Translations under genes and position numbers: made by a program
Shown here: in pieces, positions 27,829 through 40,560 of the stretch
How positions within the stretch are numbered: position 1 is the first letter of the stretch
Layout of the letters: the number at the start of each line of letters is the position of its first letter
Origin: Bigelowiella natans CCMP2755
Lineage: Eukaryota > Protista > Cercozoa
Reading direction: 5' to 3'
Length of the DNA: 52,864 nucleotides
NCBI GenBank assembly: GCA_000320545.1
Contig: ADNK01002210.1
Coordinates: forward strand, 1 to 52,864
Notes under the pieces: model-generated
What the model was told of the DNA's origin: nothing
Database searches by the model: none
The model's input: the letters and a program-made list of their open reading frames with translations, nothing else

Positions 27829-29412
27829 GTAGAAGACAGATGATGAAGACACTAGAGTTAATCATGTAGTGGCGGTAGTATCACTGAAGCTGGACGCATC
27901 AAGGTAAAATATACATATGTTGATGATGTACACGGTCATAATTAATATAAACCACATTGTAATTCTTAGAAAAATGTTTTCTTGTGTCTTGTATAGTATC
28001 ATATTCTTGTTCATAAATCATATTAATAGATAGAAGCTATGATGACTTCCAAAATCTGCTTTTAAGATCCTGCATGTAGGTCTTGTTCGTCGAGAGCGTG
28101 AGTGACTGTGCCCATATAACCATCTCCTCACCAATGCCGCAAGGGGAGGATGAGTTGTTAGCAGTAGATGAAGGAAGAGATGAAGCATCAGCGCCAACAG
28201 GATCAGATGGTGCAGTAGTTGAAGTAGTAGTAGGAGAAGCTGCTCGAGGAATGTGTACACGTGGTGGTAAATGCCTGAAATGATGATGATGACGATGATG
28301 ATGATGACGATGATTATAGCTGTTTCATTGATCATTTCACTACAAGATGGGCTTCTTCTTCTTCTTCTTCTTCTTCTTCTTCTTCTTCTTCGTCGCCGTC
28401 ATTGTCTAGACTCACAACAGCAACTACAAAATGAAGGTAGTTTTGCTACTACTACTACCTCTCTGCAGTAATTCCTCCTCCTTTGGACGTCTCTATCGTG
28501 CCAGTACTACTACTATTACTACTATTACTACTCATCGTGGTTGGCTGTTGTTGCTGCGCTGCTGCGAATATCGTGTCTTGTCCTTCTTTTGCCACTGCTG
28601 CTGCTTTAATGCATATCTGTGGTCTTTCCAGGTGAAACTCAAACTCTGGTTCCCGTAAAAGTGAGGAGGACGTCGACCATCGTCGTGAGAATGATGCTGC
28701 TAAATCCTGCGGAAAGTAATAGTATTAGTAATATATTTTTGTCTTAATGTTTTCGATGAGTAAAAGTGTGTAGGTATCTAGCAGATTAAAGCACAGCACC
28801 ACTAACAATCGGAAAAACTATCAAGAAATGGAGTCGGTTAATACTCTTCGCTTTTGCTTCGTCTTCTTATTCTTCTTCTTTTGTTTTCCTCTTTGCTATA
28901 ATGATTACCACCGTCATCTTCGCCGACATCACCACCATAATATTATTATGATTTATAGCACTGCAACCTCTACTATCACCACCACCACTTCCCTTCTTAC
29001 TATGCTATTATTCACACGATTACCGTTTTTACTCGGTTGGGGGAGGCATAGTGTTTGTAGTCATCTATCCCCTCGCCTCCCTTCCTCTTTGCGTCGTCAC
29101 TCCTTCTTCTTCTTCTATTAATGGAAGGAGCAGCGACGTCACCGATTGCAGTGGAGATCATTGCCCGTATTGTAGCATCTTCAACCGATATCAAAGGCTC
29201 GTGCAGCGTCATACGGTACTAACAATAACAAGTTGCAGTAAACATAATAAAAATAAGAATAGGAATTGATGAATATATTTGTGTCCTGGTGTTGATAGTA
29301 CCAACCATCTTTACATTATTCCACAATTATGCATATATTTCAGTGTATTCTTCTACCGTGTCGCCATATCTGATCGATAGAGGTCACGCAACGGTGCTCT
29401 CTCACTCTAAAG

Positions 29413-29468
<56 letters not shown>

Positions 29469-29579
29469 GCATACAAGTAGGTAGACACTGGTAGTCGTTG
29501 CCATGATGCTCATACTCCGTTTAAATATTACAGTATCTCATTTCAAACAGTATTTGTTGATGTATAAGTAAGCAGCGAA

Positions 29580-29622
<43 letters not shown>

Positions 29623-30086
29623 GAAACAAAACTACCACTACTACTACCTTTGTGTTCATATGCCATTTGCCAGCAGTATGGTGGTGGCCATTATTCTCCC
29701 CATTATTATTATTATGATTATCATTATTTATATCTCCATGCCGCAGTACATGGTTTCCTCCTTTCTCATCAGCAGCCTTCGTCTTAATATCATTACTGTT
29801 AGTCGTCGTCGTCGTCTTCATCACAGGAGCAGGACGATGATGATGAAGCCGAGAATCTATAACGAGGTATAATGCTGCAGCATTTCCAGGCTGCTTTTCT
29901 GCTGCGATGATGGATATATATAAATGAATGAGCGAGAGAGAAGAGACGGAAATTGAATCATGACTAGACTACTTGTTCGCAAATATATTCAATATATTCC
30001 ACCACAATCAATCATCACGCACTCCTACACATTCGAATATAAGGAAGGCTAAGAATGGACTCGATTTTGATGAAAGTTGGATGTGT

Positions 30087-30120
<34 letters not shown>

Positions 30121-30953
30121 CTAGTAGTAAAATACTTAAGGTTTGTTTTCTCGATAATAATAAGGAAACCCTACTCATAATTTGTTCATAATATGAACTA
30201 GTAAGGACAAAAACGTAGGAAAAGAATTAGGAGAAGGGAGGAAATGATTATATTCCATCACCACCTTTTTCTTTGCCTTCTTGTCTCCCTTCTCCATCTC
30301 CTTTTGCATAAAGGAATTGGACAACATCCTCCTCATCCCCATCCCCTCTTTGAGGACTTGATGTAAATCCTTAAAAAAGAGCAACAGTAAAGAAATGAAG
30401 GTAATAGCTAGTTTGATCACCTTCTTCATCATCATTATCATCATCATCATCATTAGCATCATCATATATTTTTATATATACACCCCAAAGTCGAAATCTT
30501 CCATCTGCAATATATTTGCTTCTACAACCTCACATTAATGATCATACTACCAGCAGATATTTCATTTGCCTGAAAATGTAGTGACGGCCACCTAGCCATG
30601 TAAGTAAATAAGTAAATAAGTAAGAATATCGTCCTCATATTCGAGTGAAGAGTTCATCAACCAATCAATCAATCAATCAAGTATCATCATGCATTATTTC
30701 AGCAAAAAATCATCCTTTACTTGTTAAAGCATTATTATCTTTTGCTATTCGCTACTTTGTTCTCTCATCTTTTTCTTACGCACAATTATCATCATCATCA
30801 TCATCAGGAATCAATCGTCGTCTCATAAAAAGCACCTTCCAAATTCAGCCTTCAACCTCCATGCACTTGCTTTAATATGGGTGTATATCGGTCCTCCTCC
30901 TCCTGAACAAATTTAGTAGAAGGAGTATTCGCGGTTTATGACATTATAAAACA

Positions 30954-30989
<36 letters not shown>

Positions 30990-33079
30990 ACACACATGGC
31001 TAAAGAATATAAATTAGGCGCACATTCATTCGACGACATGGAATTTTTCATGTAATACCTTTTCATAATGCAACATTCTAGCATCATAACAAAGTAATTG
31101 ATATTACAATAATAAGAGGGCCATCGGCACCATCATCAACAGCACAAATATCATCATACTACCACTGATATGAGTGCCATCGCTGAGAGGAATGTAACAG
31201 TCGAGGGTATTGATATCGACGAAAGCTATGTTTAAAGGGGGGGTGGTTAATTGAGAAATGCATAATTGACTTTATTCATATATGAATATAATATGTATGT
31301 ATATAAATGTGGAAAAGTGATGATGTATCAAGGAGTAGGCATCGTTTATTATCTCCGATTGACGTTTTAATTTGACTGAAGCTGAAAGCTATTCATGTAA
31401 GAGGAGCCGCATGCACCGACAAATAAATTGCCATTGAATTACTTCGAGTATTCATGAGTAGATCGTAGTTGCATTTTATATGCTACCCGAATATCGGAGC
31501 ATAGCTTGGATGATTTTAATGAGCTCATTTATCGGTGCTTCAGGAGGACCAATACCAATCGATCCAGACGATGATGATGATGGCGGTATCACCTCTTCCT
31601 CACTGATGATAGATCAGTATGATGATCACTTTTACGAATATTTTGAATCGGGAACAAAAAAGGAAAATCTCCGCGGTGGGTGGTGGTGTGTTGTAGATGT
31701 AATTGTTGCTATTGTTGTTGTAGATGTTGTTTGAGCCATATCGAGTAGTTAGTTGGTGGTGTATGCGACACGTCCAAAATCGTTGCTTTAATGTCCCTCC
31801 TCCAAGAATCATGAGTGATCATCCATTTATTATTTAATCTAAAGTAGTTACTACTACTACTACTACCACTACTCCTACTACTACTTGTGATGCAAATAAT
31901 ACAATTAGGAGCAGTAGGAACACAATTAATTACTGTTGTTCTCATAATAAATTATTATCAATTATTCTTATTATTTATTATTATTTATTATTATTATTGT
32001 TATTATTACATGGAGCTTGTCCGACGGTAGAATTCTCTCGCCCTCTCTGCCCATTTGTTGTTTCAGGAGGGGGAGAAGGAGGAGGAACAGAAGGAATAGA
32101 AAGAATAGAAGAACAGCATAAACGGTCATCGTCATCGTCATCGTCATCACCATCTTGACTATCGTGAATCATGGAATAAGGGATCTTGGAGGCAATCAAT
32201 CTTCGAATACTACTTCATTTAAACAGCAGTATATGATGATTACGATAAAAATAGACTCACCCGCAACGCTGAAAAGCATATTTGGTTCCAAGATTTTTGC
32301 GTATTGCACAGTCATATTATGTGCTTGACCTTTCGATTGTTCAGATAACAAATAATATTATATAAGCTCATAATGATCATAAGCAGATTATAAACATTAA
32401 TTTTCAAAGAGCGGTAGAAGTAGCACGCAGGCAGCTGAGTTTGAAGATATTCATAGCACTTTATGAAGAAGAAGAAGAAGAAGAAGAAGAAGAAGAAGAG
32501 AGAATACGGAATAGATATTATAATTTAATACCATATCAGGTAGGGGACTGTCTGCTACCTATATAGGATACTAGCCGCTCTACTACGACTACTACTACTA
32601 CTACTACTACTACTACAACAACTACAACAACTGGCCTGCTACTGTTACTGTTACTGTTTACTGTTAACTGTTCACTGTTAACTACTACAACAACTACAAC
32701 AACTGGCCTGCTACTGTTACTGTTAACTGTTCACTGTTAACTGCTTACTGTTAACTGTTCACTGTTAACTGCTACAGCTGCTGTTACTACTACTGCTACT
32801 ACTAATACTAATACTGCTACCATCTGGGACTGTCTGCCTCAAGGATAACCGCTCTAGAATCAGCATAGCCCTACCATCACCAAGCGAAAAGAATAATAAT
32901 AATGATGATGATGATAACAGGCGAACAAACGAGCAAACACCATCAGTAAAAAAAAAAGGAGGGAAAAGTAGAGATTTAATGGAAAAATAGAAAATCTGAT
33001 TATATATCAAGGGGGGAAAATATTTTTCGCTAAAATTAAAAGAACCGGCAGGAAGATTGTATTTTTGTTGAGTTTCTGT

Positions 33080-33119
<40 letters not shown>

Positions 33120-33150
33120 ATTGTTTGAGCTTGGCTATTCACAACCACAC

Positions 33151-33188
<38 letters not shown>

Positions 33189-35432
33189 TTTATTGTTTGA
33201 GCTGGGCTATTCACAACCACCAGCACTACCTCTTGTCCTTTCGAAATTCAACCTAATATCAAATAGAGGAGGAGAGTATTACACACACACACACACACGT
33301 ACACACGCGTATTAACATAATAACATACCCTTCCACATGTCCATACACGTGAATGGTCCGATCCAACTCCTAGGATCGTCGGTTTGAGAGCTGCTCTGCC
33401 TCTCATCATCGTCATCCACGTGATATCATTATCCGCAATCTTATTAATACTACTTCTTTTATCTTTAGAAGAAGATGAAGAAGAGGATGAGTTGTTGCGT
33501 TTATGCAAACTCCTTCCGTGGTTTGTATGTTCGTCGCCACCTGAGGAGGAGTGTATAAAAGAAGTCAAATTTTTTAGTAGTATGCAAAGTATGGGTATGA
33601 TGTACCACCAATGTGATTTTGCCTCTTCTTTTCTTTTCTCTTCTCTATGTGTATCATGTCAATCATCCAAAGCGATAACACTGAACAACCGATATACGGA
33701 AAGTAGAGCTAACAATAACCTTTAATATTTATTTATATATTTGTTTATCTACGTATTTATTATCAAGGAGAATATATTTGTTTATCTACGTATTTATCAT
33801 CATGGAGAATTTTAATTACGTCCATTAAGATTTTCCACTTCGCTGCTCGCAGCTTCGTCGTGAGGTAGGGAAATGTTAGACTTGATATCTCGTAGAATAA
33901 CTCTAATCAGCATGATCATCAACAACGACGTCAGTTAGCAGCATGAGCAGCAGCAACAACAACATCTGAATTGCTAGTTGGTCTATCAATCATCGTGTAT
34001 TCGAGATCAACAAACTATGATCCAGGCAAGTGGGAAAGCAAGTGGGTAAACAAACTCACATTCAATGCGAAACCGGTTTAAAAAAAGTGAAGAAGAAGAA
34101 GAAAAAGACGTTGAAAGTTTTCATATATTCTGCTTGATGCTAACAATAAGGATGATAGAAATTATAGCAATAAAACAAATACAAAGACTATAGCAACGAG
34201 TAAATGAGAATGGCATCATCATCTTTGTTATTGAGATGAAGAAGATACTTCTTCAGTTAGTGGTGATGGTTGGGGTCCAAACAACATTCATCAATTTTGT
34301 AATCTCAAATTAGTCGTCATCATCTTCATCATCATTATCGTCATCATCCTTATCATCATCACCTGGAGTCAATTGTATTCATGACAAGCTCCTCAATTTC
34401 GAGAGAAGTGTTGGTAAGGATCAGCGATCTAATGATTGCATAGGAGGGGAGGAGGAGGAGGAGGAGGAGGAGGAGGAGTATCATCATTTACGATGTGTGA
34501 CAACCAACCATATTTTTGTTTGTTATCACTCATCATGCTTTAGGACTTCTTCACCGTAGACATGAGAGGATTGAAAATGAAGAACGCTGTTCTTCGGAGA
34601 ACGGGGAATCTCTTCTTCCCCCACCCCCTGATCCTCCTCCTCCTCCTCCTCGTGATGCAAATTGTGCACTAGTTGGAAAATTAAGATGCATAATCCCAGA
34701 TCTTCCAACTTCCATCTGCATTCCTTTTACCACTACCCGGCTGGGCGTTTCTGATAATTCACCATCAATGAAAACACACACACACGCAGAGAGAGAGAGA
34801 GAGAGAGTGAGAGAGAGAGAGATACATCTATTCAAGTAAGAACGCTGCTGGTAAATTCTACCAAACACTTCGAAGAGATTGAGCTCAATCGCAATCTGGT
34901 CCACAGTGATTCTCGTTACCTTTGTTAGTAAAAGAGAAGAAAAGGAAAAAAATAATCATCAAAACAACAACAAGAAGAAGAAGAAGAGGAATGTAAATCG
35001 GTACTGCTACTCTTGTAGAAATTAGTTATGGACATCGAATATTAAGTAATATTTGATAATGACTCTGATGACTGCGACGACTCGGGTGACTAGTTGGTGG
35101 CAGGGCCAACACATCTTAGCTGGTTAACAACTGAGCGAAAAAAAATTCTATCTTCCTCCCTCTCACTTTCTTCCTACCTACTTTTAACCCTACCCCCTAT
35201 GAAATACGGTATGTAACATAAGCCATGAGTGGGAAGGGGTAAATGCATGTTTAGAAAACATCATCATCATCATCATACGGTATACTACCCATTCTGGAAA
35301 ACCAAGGATGGCGCAATCTTCGGGAATTATGCTCAAGCGCTCAATAATGAATTTTCCTATGACGATGTTAAAACCACGTCACATGGTCAATATCGTTTTT
35401 CTCTACATCTATAAGTAATATCAACCACCACC

Positions 35433-35474
<42 letters not shown>

Positions 35475-35598
35475 GGTACCTTCCCAGAAGTCAGAAGTCC
35501 ATGACGAATACGTGGAAGACTCCCCGTTGTCTATAATCTGGTAGTAATGAAGGACGACGACGAAACTTAAAGATGAGTACTTGTCGAATGAACAGCAT
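889..35598 (-). CDS. VPS13: VPS13-family bridge-like lipid transfer protein, multi-exon (start codon and 3' end not fully resolved; may continue past the left window edge)
   Basis: VPS13 hallmarks occur in the correct order on one strand: Chorein_N-like exons (35480-35537, 35289-35356, 34862-34919: 'FWEGKFIIERLSI...LGFPEWVTRITVDQIAIELN'); VAB repeats in the 1542 aa ORF; APT1/VPS13_C motifs in the 1425 aa ORF ('IQSLQIDN','IEYLGVALQPLELNLE','KTYFEHIEISPIHVML'); 'RIRLPR' at ~4355-4375; then PH-like and C2 exons. The junctions I checked are phase-consistent GT-AG. Many middle exons (21-33 kb) were not individually resolved. Confidence 0.88.
4921..9134 (-). CDS. VPS13: VPS13 giant exon: APT1/VPS13_C region followed by a long disordered insert
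   Basis: 4214 nt exon with a tag acceptor at 9134 and CAG|GT donor at 4921. Motifs 'VSVPDFGISV','ELMYIHL','IQSLQIDN','SPVIMRP','PVVQISI','YLGVALQPLELNLE','YFEHIEISPIHV'. Splices in phase 0 to the 'VESKFELPRSEAWRIRLPR' exon starting at 4413. Confidence 0.92.
10024..12947 (-). CDS. VPS13: VPS13 exons encoding a coiled-coil segment and an internal C2-like domain (approximate)
   Basis: ORF 12633-12947 has a heptad-like helix (TELKELEMEQKELQNRVE). Downstream small exons read 'HVLHIRVDKISG' (~12180-12245), 'AYGDDELGEGRFDLSGL' (~10585-10665) and 'GNIHLIVSL' (~10025-10080), resembling the first, middle and last C2 strands. Confidence 0.5.
13252..13419. repeat. 86 bp-period tandem duplication spanning a VPS13 splice acceptor
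   Basis: ggaacttacagctacaacctgtgtcgtgtgtcacc...ataatgagc at 13252 and 13338. The first copy overlaps exon 13214-13269 (VVAVSSRMVAGCINVMTF). Confidence 0.92.
14124..18833 (-). CDS. VPS13: VPS13 giant exon: last RBG repeat plus VAB (SHR-BD/DUF1162) domain
   Basis: Open frame from a cag acceptor at 18833 to a GT donor at 14124 (4710 nt, phase 1/1). Motifs 'WKLLVEP','YWLRNMTG','VELVNNTSLVLDV','PLKVENLL','YEWSDPVSI','YAKFWVTN','WSEPI','RTKIIRFLPKFVLVN','HWSNGFTID'. Confidence 0.9.
19003..20628 (-). CDS. VPS13: VPS13 internal exon (approximate, from ORF)
   Basis: 541 aa ORF on the same strand immediately upstream of the VAB exon. Contains RBG-like strands ('WKIKLIEADIRIPLP') plus homopolymer inserts. 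Confidence 0.68.
24125..25036 (-). CDS. VPS13: VPS13 internal exon (approximate, from ORF)
   Basis: 303 aa ORF on the same strand with beta-strand-like segments ('GIVSIERLRVALNALKIALP','GKITATVDSLKITG') compatible with RBG repeats. Confidence 0.62.
   Translation of the reverse strand: MIDIDINEADDIAFMANYAEFYPGVAGIVSIERLRVALNALKIALPGWPHSDHDISRPNDTTNNAEDRGYGDHHHHRDYSTQISSSYTPTIEKNNSNSTLWDRRMRRQVISRKKKMMMETATIPKKEQRKWIMSCKHVRMLNADLDNSNAGFNREGVSRRSSNDNNIAITNEEEENNNKEDYYVDKKEMENKNRSSLRNAIIPVSADFFWCTMELLHPEGKITATVDSLKITGGENPPYPSDNTSNSFGISNPGKNNASFHKLVLSSSIFSFLHKLKCVTTYSTAALTTVYLRCITEYCEQKK
25608..26468 (-). CDS. VPS13: VPS13 internal exon (approximate, from ORF)
   Basis: 286 aa ORF on the gene strand between Chorein_N and VAB, with ordered segments interleaved with low-complexity inserts. 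Exact splice sites not fixed. Confidence 0.6.
   Translation of the reverse strand: MIIIIHITIFIKPLLDVPPPPPPPHQRSRRNNLRQEGESRGRRTTTSDSKGSPAAVPSPTSYTSSSSSSSSNAELSLATSWLNRFPVHIGLLIETETTRFCAQDTASLQRLSSWVHASALTMDYYNDLASANSIIRRNNHLRPQQQPWHQQHQGGEQTKRRPPTSTAVTTAANKSRNMAASSALCCVSTYLNCRQLKVMIAGRGDNNHLGPRLSDDDDDGVASVEEKEGPEYDGNEEEYGDGDDSAVDKETSQERKENGKNITRINHTTLDNTEEMMMIPKGTYYE
32610..32770. repeat. Intronic tandem duplication/minisatellite (ctgtta-type units)
   Basis: ctacaacaactacaacaactggcctgctactgttactgtta occurs twice, with ctgttaactgttca subunits. Confidence 0.85.
33078..33219. repeat. Tandem duplication of (TG)n plus unique spacer
   Basis: (tg)n-tttattgtttgagct(t/g)ggctattcacaaccac occurs twice. 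Confidence 0.88.
33737..33810. repeat. 37 bp tandem duplication
   Basis: atatttgtttatctacgtatttat(t/c)atca(a/t)ggagaat occurs twice. Confidence 0.88.
34862..35537 (-). CDS. VPS13: VPS13 Chorein_N-like exons
   Basis: Three phase-compatible exons splice to IIDNGESSTYSSWTSDFWEG-KFIIERLSIIPEDCAILGFPEW-VTRITVDQIAIELNLFEVF, followed downstream by 'ETPSRVVVKGMQMEV' and 'LILTNTSLEIEELVMNTID'. This matches the Chorein_N pattern (W.G...L..L.....L..P..V....I..L.I....P..V.I.G). Confidence 0.72.
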
Positions 35599-36800
35599 CT
35601 TCAGAAATAGAGTGTACTAGAATAGCAGGTCAACAGGGGGGATAGAAAGTAGTGGGCACGTGGCAGTTTGTGCTTTCTTTGTTTGACAGCGGTAGCAAGC
35701 AAGTCGGTGCACACGTGCGTGCAAATATGATGAAGATGATGATGATGATGTAAATATGATGATGCACTCATGCACTAATAATAACGATGGTGATGAAGAT
35801 TTAAAGGCACCTCTTTTTTGTCCCCCCCATTGATATCTAGAGGTTTCAGGTTTATGGGCAGGATTTGCTTGAGCAGAAAGTTGCCCACATGTCTATGAAC
35901 GAATAACAAATAGATAGTTAACTGTGGCAGCAATAGAGAATACCCATGCTTCTACCTAACTATTACCTTGTGAATTCTTCCATATTTTTCTACTCTACAC
36001 TACAAAGGGATTTTATCGTTGTTAATGATGTGATTCTCCGGCCTCCCCCCAGAAATATCGTTGTCCTCTCGTACAGCCTTCCTCTTGTAGTTCCCTGCTT
36101 GTCGGTTTGTCCTTTTCAGTTAGGTTGCCCTGGACACACGTTATCGCCATCCTAAGAGGATAGGTAGCCAACAGTAAAAGAAGCAGCATGCACATCTTTG
36201 ACTCATTCCGACTTCATTGCACTTTTTCCTCTCATTCCCGAAGAAGCAGCTAGCTCAACAAATCGTGCAGCGATCAATCTACATACTAACGATAAAGCAA
36301 TGCCTACGCTGCAACATCAATGGCTATATCTTTCCTACTCGCTTCCTTCTCATAGTAATATTCTATCGCACCTTCACCCATCCGCACCAATCGAGGAGCT
36401 CCGGGAGCTTCAACTTTGCCGATTAGATGAATAGGGGGAGAAATTATGTTCAAATTCTAATTACAAAAATAAAAAATTAAGAAATAATGCAGTTGTCGTA
36501 GCACTAAAATGACATGTGAACATGTCGCGAAATAGGGTTATTGTCGCAAAGGGAAAAAGCCAAGCAATAATGAATGAATGTGCCGTTCAGTTGATCAGTA
36601 TCGAACAGAGAAAGCAGGAGCAAGACCTGCTTCAAGCTCCGATCCCCCTCCGCAATAGTAATAATTGCTCTGAAGAAACAGCAGAGATTCACCTGGTGCC
36701 TGGTGCTGTTGCTGGTAGGGTTGGTTTGTGGTTGGAAACTGTTGGCTGTAGGACTTCAGTTTATCCTTGAGTATACAACGATCTCACACATGCTCCACTG

Positions 36801-39443
36801 ATGACGACGAAAACGATTTGCTGCTGGGTCTTCACGGCGACGATCTTCCTTCTCGCTGGAAGTAAGACTAACGCAACGACTGCTAAAGATAATAGGGAAC
36901 ATCTTCAGGTAATTCTAAAGAAACAATTATTGCTGCCATTTGGATATCGCTTTGGCGCCTCAAACGACTAATCATTGAACGTGTAGGCACTCTATCGATG
37001 GTATATCCGTATGTCCACTGAACGAAAAGCCTGTGTCGGGATTCTCGAAGGCCTCTCAAAGGCGCACCTTAGATTCAAGTCGCGGTTGATCGAAGATATG
37101 CAGCATTATAATGCCATGATAGATGCTAAAGCAAATCGAGTAAGAACCAATTGGAGAATAATAATCAACCAATTATACGCTGTTGGCTATTTTCATTGAT
37201 CGATCGATCACCCAAAAACAGGAGATTCAAACAATATCCTCTGTCTACTGCAGTCACTCATGTTGATCTTTGATAAAATTTATAGCAAAGAAGAAGAAAA
37301 AGATGAGGAGGAGGGCTGGGAAATGCAGTGATTTGTATGGTTGTGTTGCTTGCTTGCTGGCAATATTGCGCCATAGTACATCGCTATCCTTGAATTAATC
37401 GGTTTCTTCAATATTACACTATAACATTGGATTATGTTCCTCCTCCTTCCTTCCGAAAGTTGAAGGTGAACGACACTGTATTGATATGTGGGTATCCGGA
37501 TGAGAACTTAAACGCAAAGACAGGTTGTGTTGTAGTCGTAGTAATAGTAAGTAGCAGTGCTGCTGGTGGTGGTAAAGCGTATCGTGAGCATTAATTTGAT
37601 ACACAGATACATTATTACGACATCGTACACGTATTGTTATCATTATCATTAAATCCGTTGTTTGTTTTTGATTTGATATCGATCTACTTTTATGTAGGCC
37701 GGGTTGTGTCCTCTATCGGCGGTGTTGTTGCTCGGATGATGACGATGACGACGACGGCAACAAGAAGTGGCCAACACAACAATAATAATAAGAAGAAACC
37801 CATAGAATACTCCCAAGGAAGTCGCAAAGCATGGTTGGACAATAAAAACTTCGTCGGAGATCAGACCGCGGAGGATTTAGGTGTGGCGCCATCTTCTTCT
37901 TCTTCTTCTTCTTCTTCTTCTTCTTCTTCTGCTCCTGAGTATCTGTTGGTTGATATCACTTTACCAACAAACAAGGTGCCACTACCTAATCTGTAGATTG
38001 GTGGGAGAAAAGGAGGAGGAGAAGAAGCTATGTATGATACAACTACGCAATCATTGATATCACAAAATAAAAATTTCCCCTGCCTTTTCAAAGGAAAGCG
38101 ACTATATTATCAATTATTCCAAAAACAGCACTCAAAGTCGATCTCGGAAGTTTCGTTCCAGAACAGAAGAATTCAAATACACAAGAAACATCTTCTCAAA
38201 AAGGTGGTAGAAGTTAGTATAGTATAGATAGATTTGGAGCGGCGGCTAAGTAGCTGCTGATGGTGCAGGTGCAGGTGCAGCTTTGCGAAATAAAACATTT
38301 TGTGTTCTTCTTCGTGTTTGTTGTGTGTTTGTTGTGTGTATGTGTGTGTGTATGTGTGTGTGTGTGTGTGTTGTGATATCAATAAATATACAGTAATAGT
38401 GTAATATGTAATGGAGACACGGGAGGTAGGGACCGGGAGGGTGAAATAATCTGTATTTTATGTTCGCCTACTGCAAGATCATCATGATTGCCTCCTAGTC
38501 ATTGCCATGCTCTCTCTATTCGTCATTTTGTCCTAATCCCTTTTCTTGTTTTACCATATATTTCAATTGCATCGTTCTTCATTAAGATGCCTGATGAGGC
38601 ATTTGCATACTGGCGAAAGTAAGAATATCAGAGGGGAATAATAATACAGAGAAAGAGAGACTGCGATATAGAGAGAGTTCTCCATCTTATATTCAATAAT
38701 CTTGCTTCGGGTGCATTTTATTGAGTACTAATGAGTAGTAGTAGTGACAATAAGAATAAGAAAGGTGGAGTATTAGATCATGTCGTAATAGTAGATTGAC
38801 GTCAGAATATCTAATGTTACCATGCACAAAATTCGATGATTTTTCTTCTTTTTTTTTTTTTTAATATTTCCCCGGAGACTTTGTATTTTGCATGATCAAT
38901 ATCGCCTCATTATCAACTTCAGAAAGTTCCGCCGAGAGCTTTTGAAAATGCGTAAGCAAGGATATAGAGATGATATCAAGAATTTAAGGGTGATCATCAT
39001 CATCATCATCATAGCTAAACATATTAGAGACAGCAATGTTATATGTTATAGGACTCTGTCTCATCATAGCGTAACATACTATCAGAGACAGCTGTGTTAT
39101 ATGTTATTGGACTGTGTCTCGACTATATAAATTCATATTAGAGACAACAGTGTTATATGTTATAAAACTCTGTCTTCGACTATATTAGTGGGAGGGGGGT
39201 AGTGGAGTACTGTTGCTGTGTAGATTTACGAATAAATTATGTAGATATACTACATTGATAATATGTACATATATATCATGTTTATCGTAAAAGGCTTTAA
39301 GATCGGTGGCCGAAGAAGCACTGGCTAGCAAGCTTCCTAGCAAATACGATGGAGGTACATCAAATATAGGAATACTAACAATGCATCACATAGTACATAG
39401 GTGAGGTATAAATTCACAGATACATTCATCGCAGACACCTATG

Positions 39444-39511
<68 letters not shown>

Positions 39512-39962
39512 ATTTGTATTTTCTTCCACTCACAATGTACATGATAGTTAGAGTTTATCATGCTCAACAAGAGGCTACTTTCCACATTGTTCATTCAATT
39601 GAAAGATACGGGAGCAATGAGGAGTCTCCCTAGCAAAATGGCCCTCAAGGTTAGCTAGGCTGTGGGTGATCCTGAGGAGGCACTTACTATTCTAATTGTG
39701 TTACTGATGGTGATAATGTGATAGATGTATGATTTCGAGCTAAATTCACCAGAAATGCAACCATTTTAGGGCCTACTGCACGATAGCTCCAAAGCATCCT
39801 CTTTTACAGCAAGTTTGATGGAGGTAAGAAACTTGATGAATAATAAATTGCCGGTGTCTAACGTATGTTCATTTTACAAACAATTTGTTGTAGGGATGGG
39901 TGAATCTCACCTCATTGCATGCAGGATTTCAAAAAACGCTTCTTTCTGCCCTCGGTGAATAA
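36801..39962 (+). CDS. Uncharacterised signal-peptide-bearing protein, multi-exon
   Basis: Exon 36801-36908 gives MTTKTICCWVFTATIFLLAGSKTNA (signal-peptide-like). Then 36987-37139; 37460-37523 'LKVNDTVLICGYPDENLNAKTG' spliced to 'RVVSS'; further phase-consistent exons at ~37.7, 38.1, 38.6, 38.9, 39.3, 39.6 and 39.8 kb; last exon GWVNLTSLHAGFQKTLLSALGE* with TAA at 39960-39962. One exon near 37.2 kb is uncertain. Confidence 0.65.
39020..39185. repeat. Imperfect ~55 bp intronic minisatellite, 3 copies
   Basis: agagaca..tgttata(t)gttat...actctgtct units repeated three times with divergence. Confidence 0.8.
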
Positions 39963-40560
39963 GTCTAGTAGCGCTGGGATGAAATTTCGTTTGACAGAAA
40001 ACTAGGATTGGAACCATTCAAAGAAATCACGAACAAACAATAATGATTTATCAGCGATCGTTCACATGCATTCGCCATTTTATTTCTTCTTTGAAAATAG
40101 CAACAAAAAGATTGCAATGGCCAGTGAATTTTAGCAACATGTACTAACTTGTGCCCATTTTGAGTGAACAATCGCACATGCACATTTAGATATATTCGCA
40201 TGGCTGTGCCTATTAATGCCTAGCTAGCCTAGATGTGGTGGGCATGGCGATCGACATGATTGCTTCGCATGTCAAGGTACGATGGAGCATGTACAAACTA
40301 TACGCTGCCTTATTTACACTGTGGCAATGAGTATTGCTTGATTACCCCGCACGTGGCGAACAAACCATGCAAGCGCCAAAACACCCGCATTGCTAGATTG
40401 GTGCATTTTGATTACTAGCATGCCCAAACTGGTACAAATCCACGTTTGGTACAATTGCATAAGTGCCTTTATTATTGACAATTACATATACACAGCTATG
40501 TTTATGCTTCTTTGCTTGATTAAACATTTATCATTATTTCCCTCTCAACTCCGGCATCTT

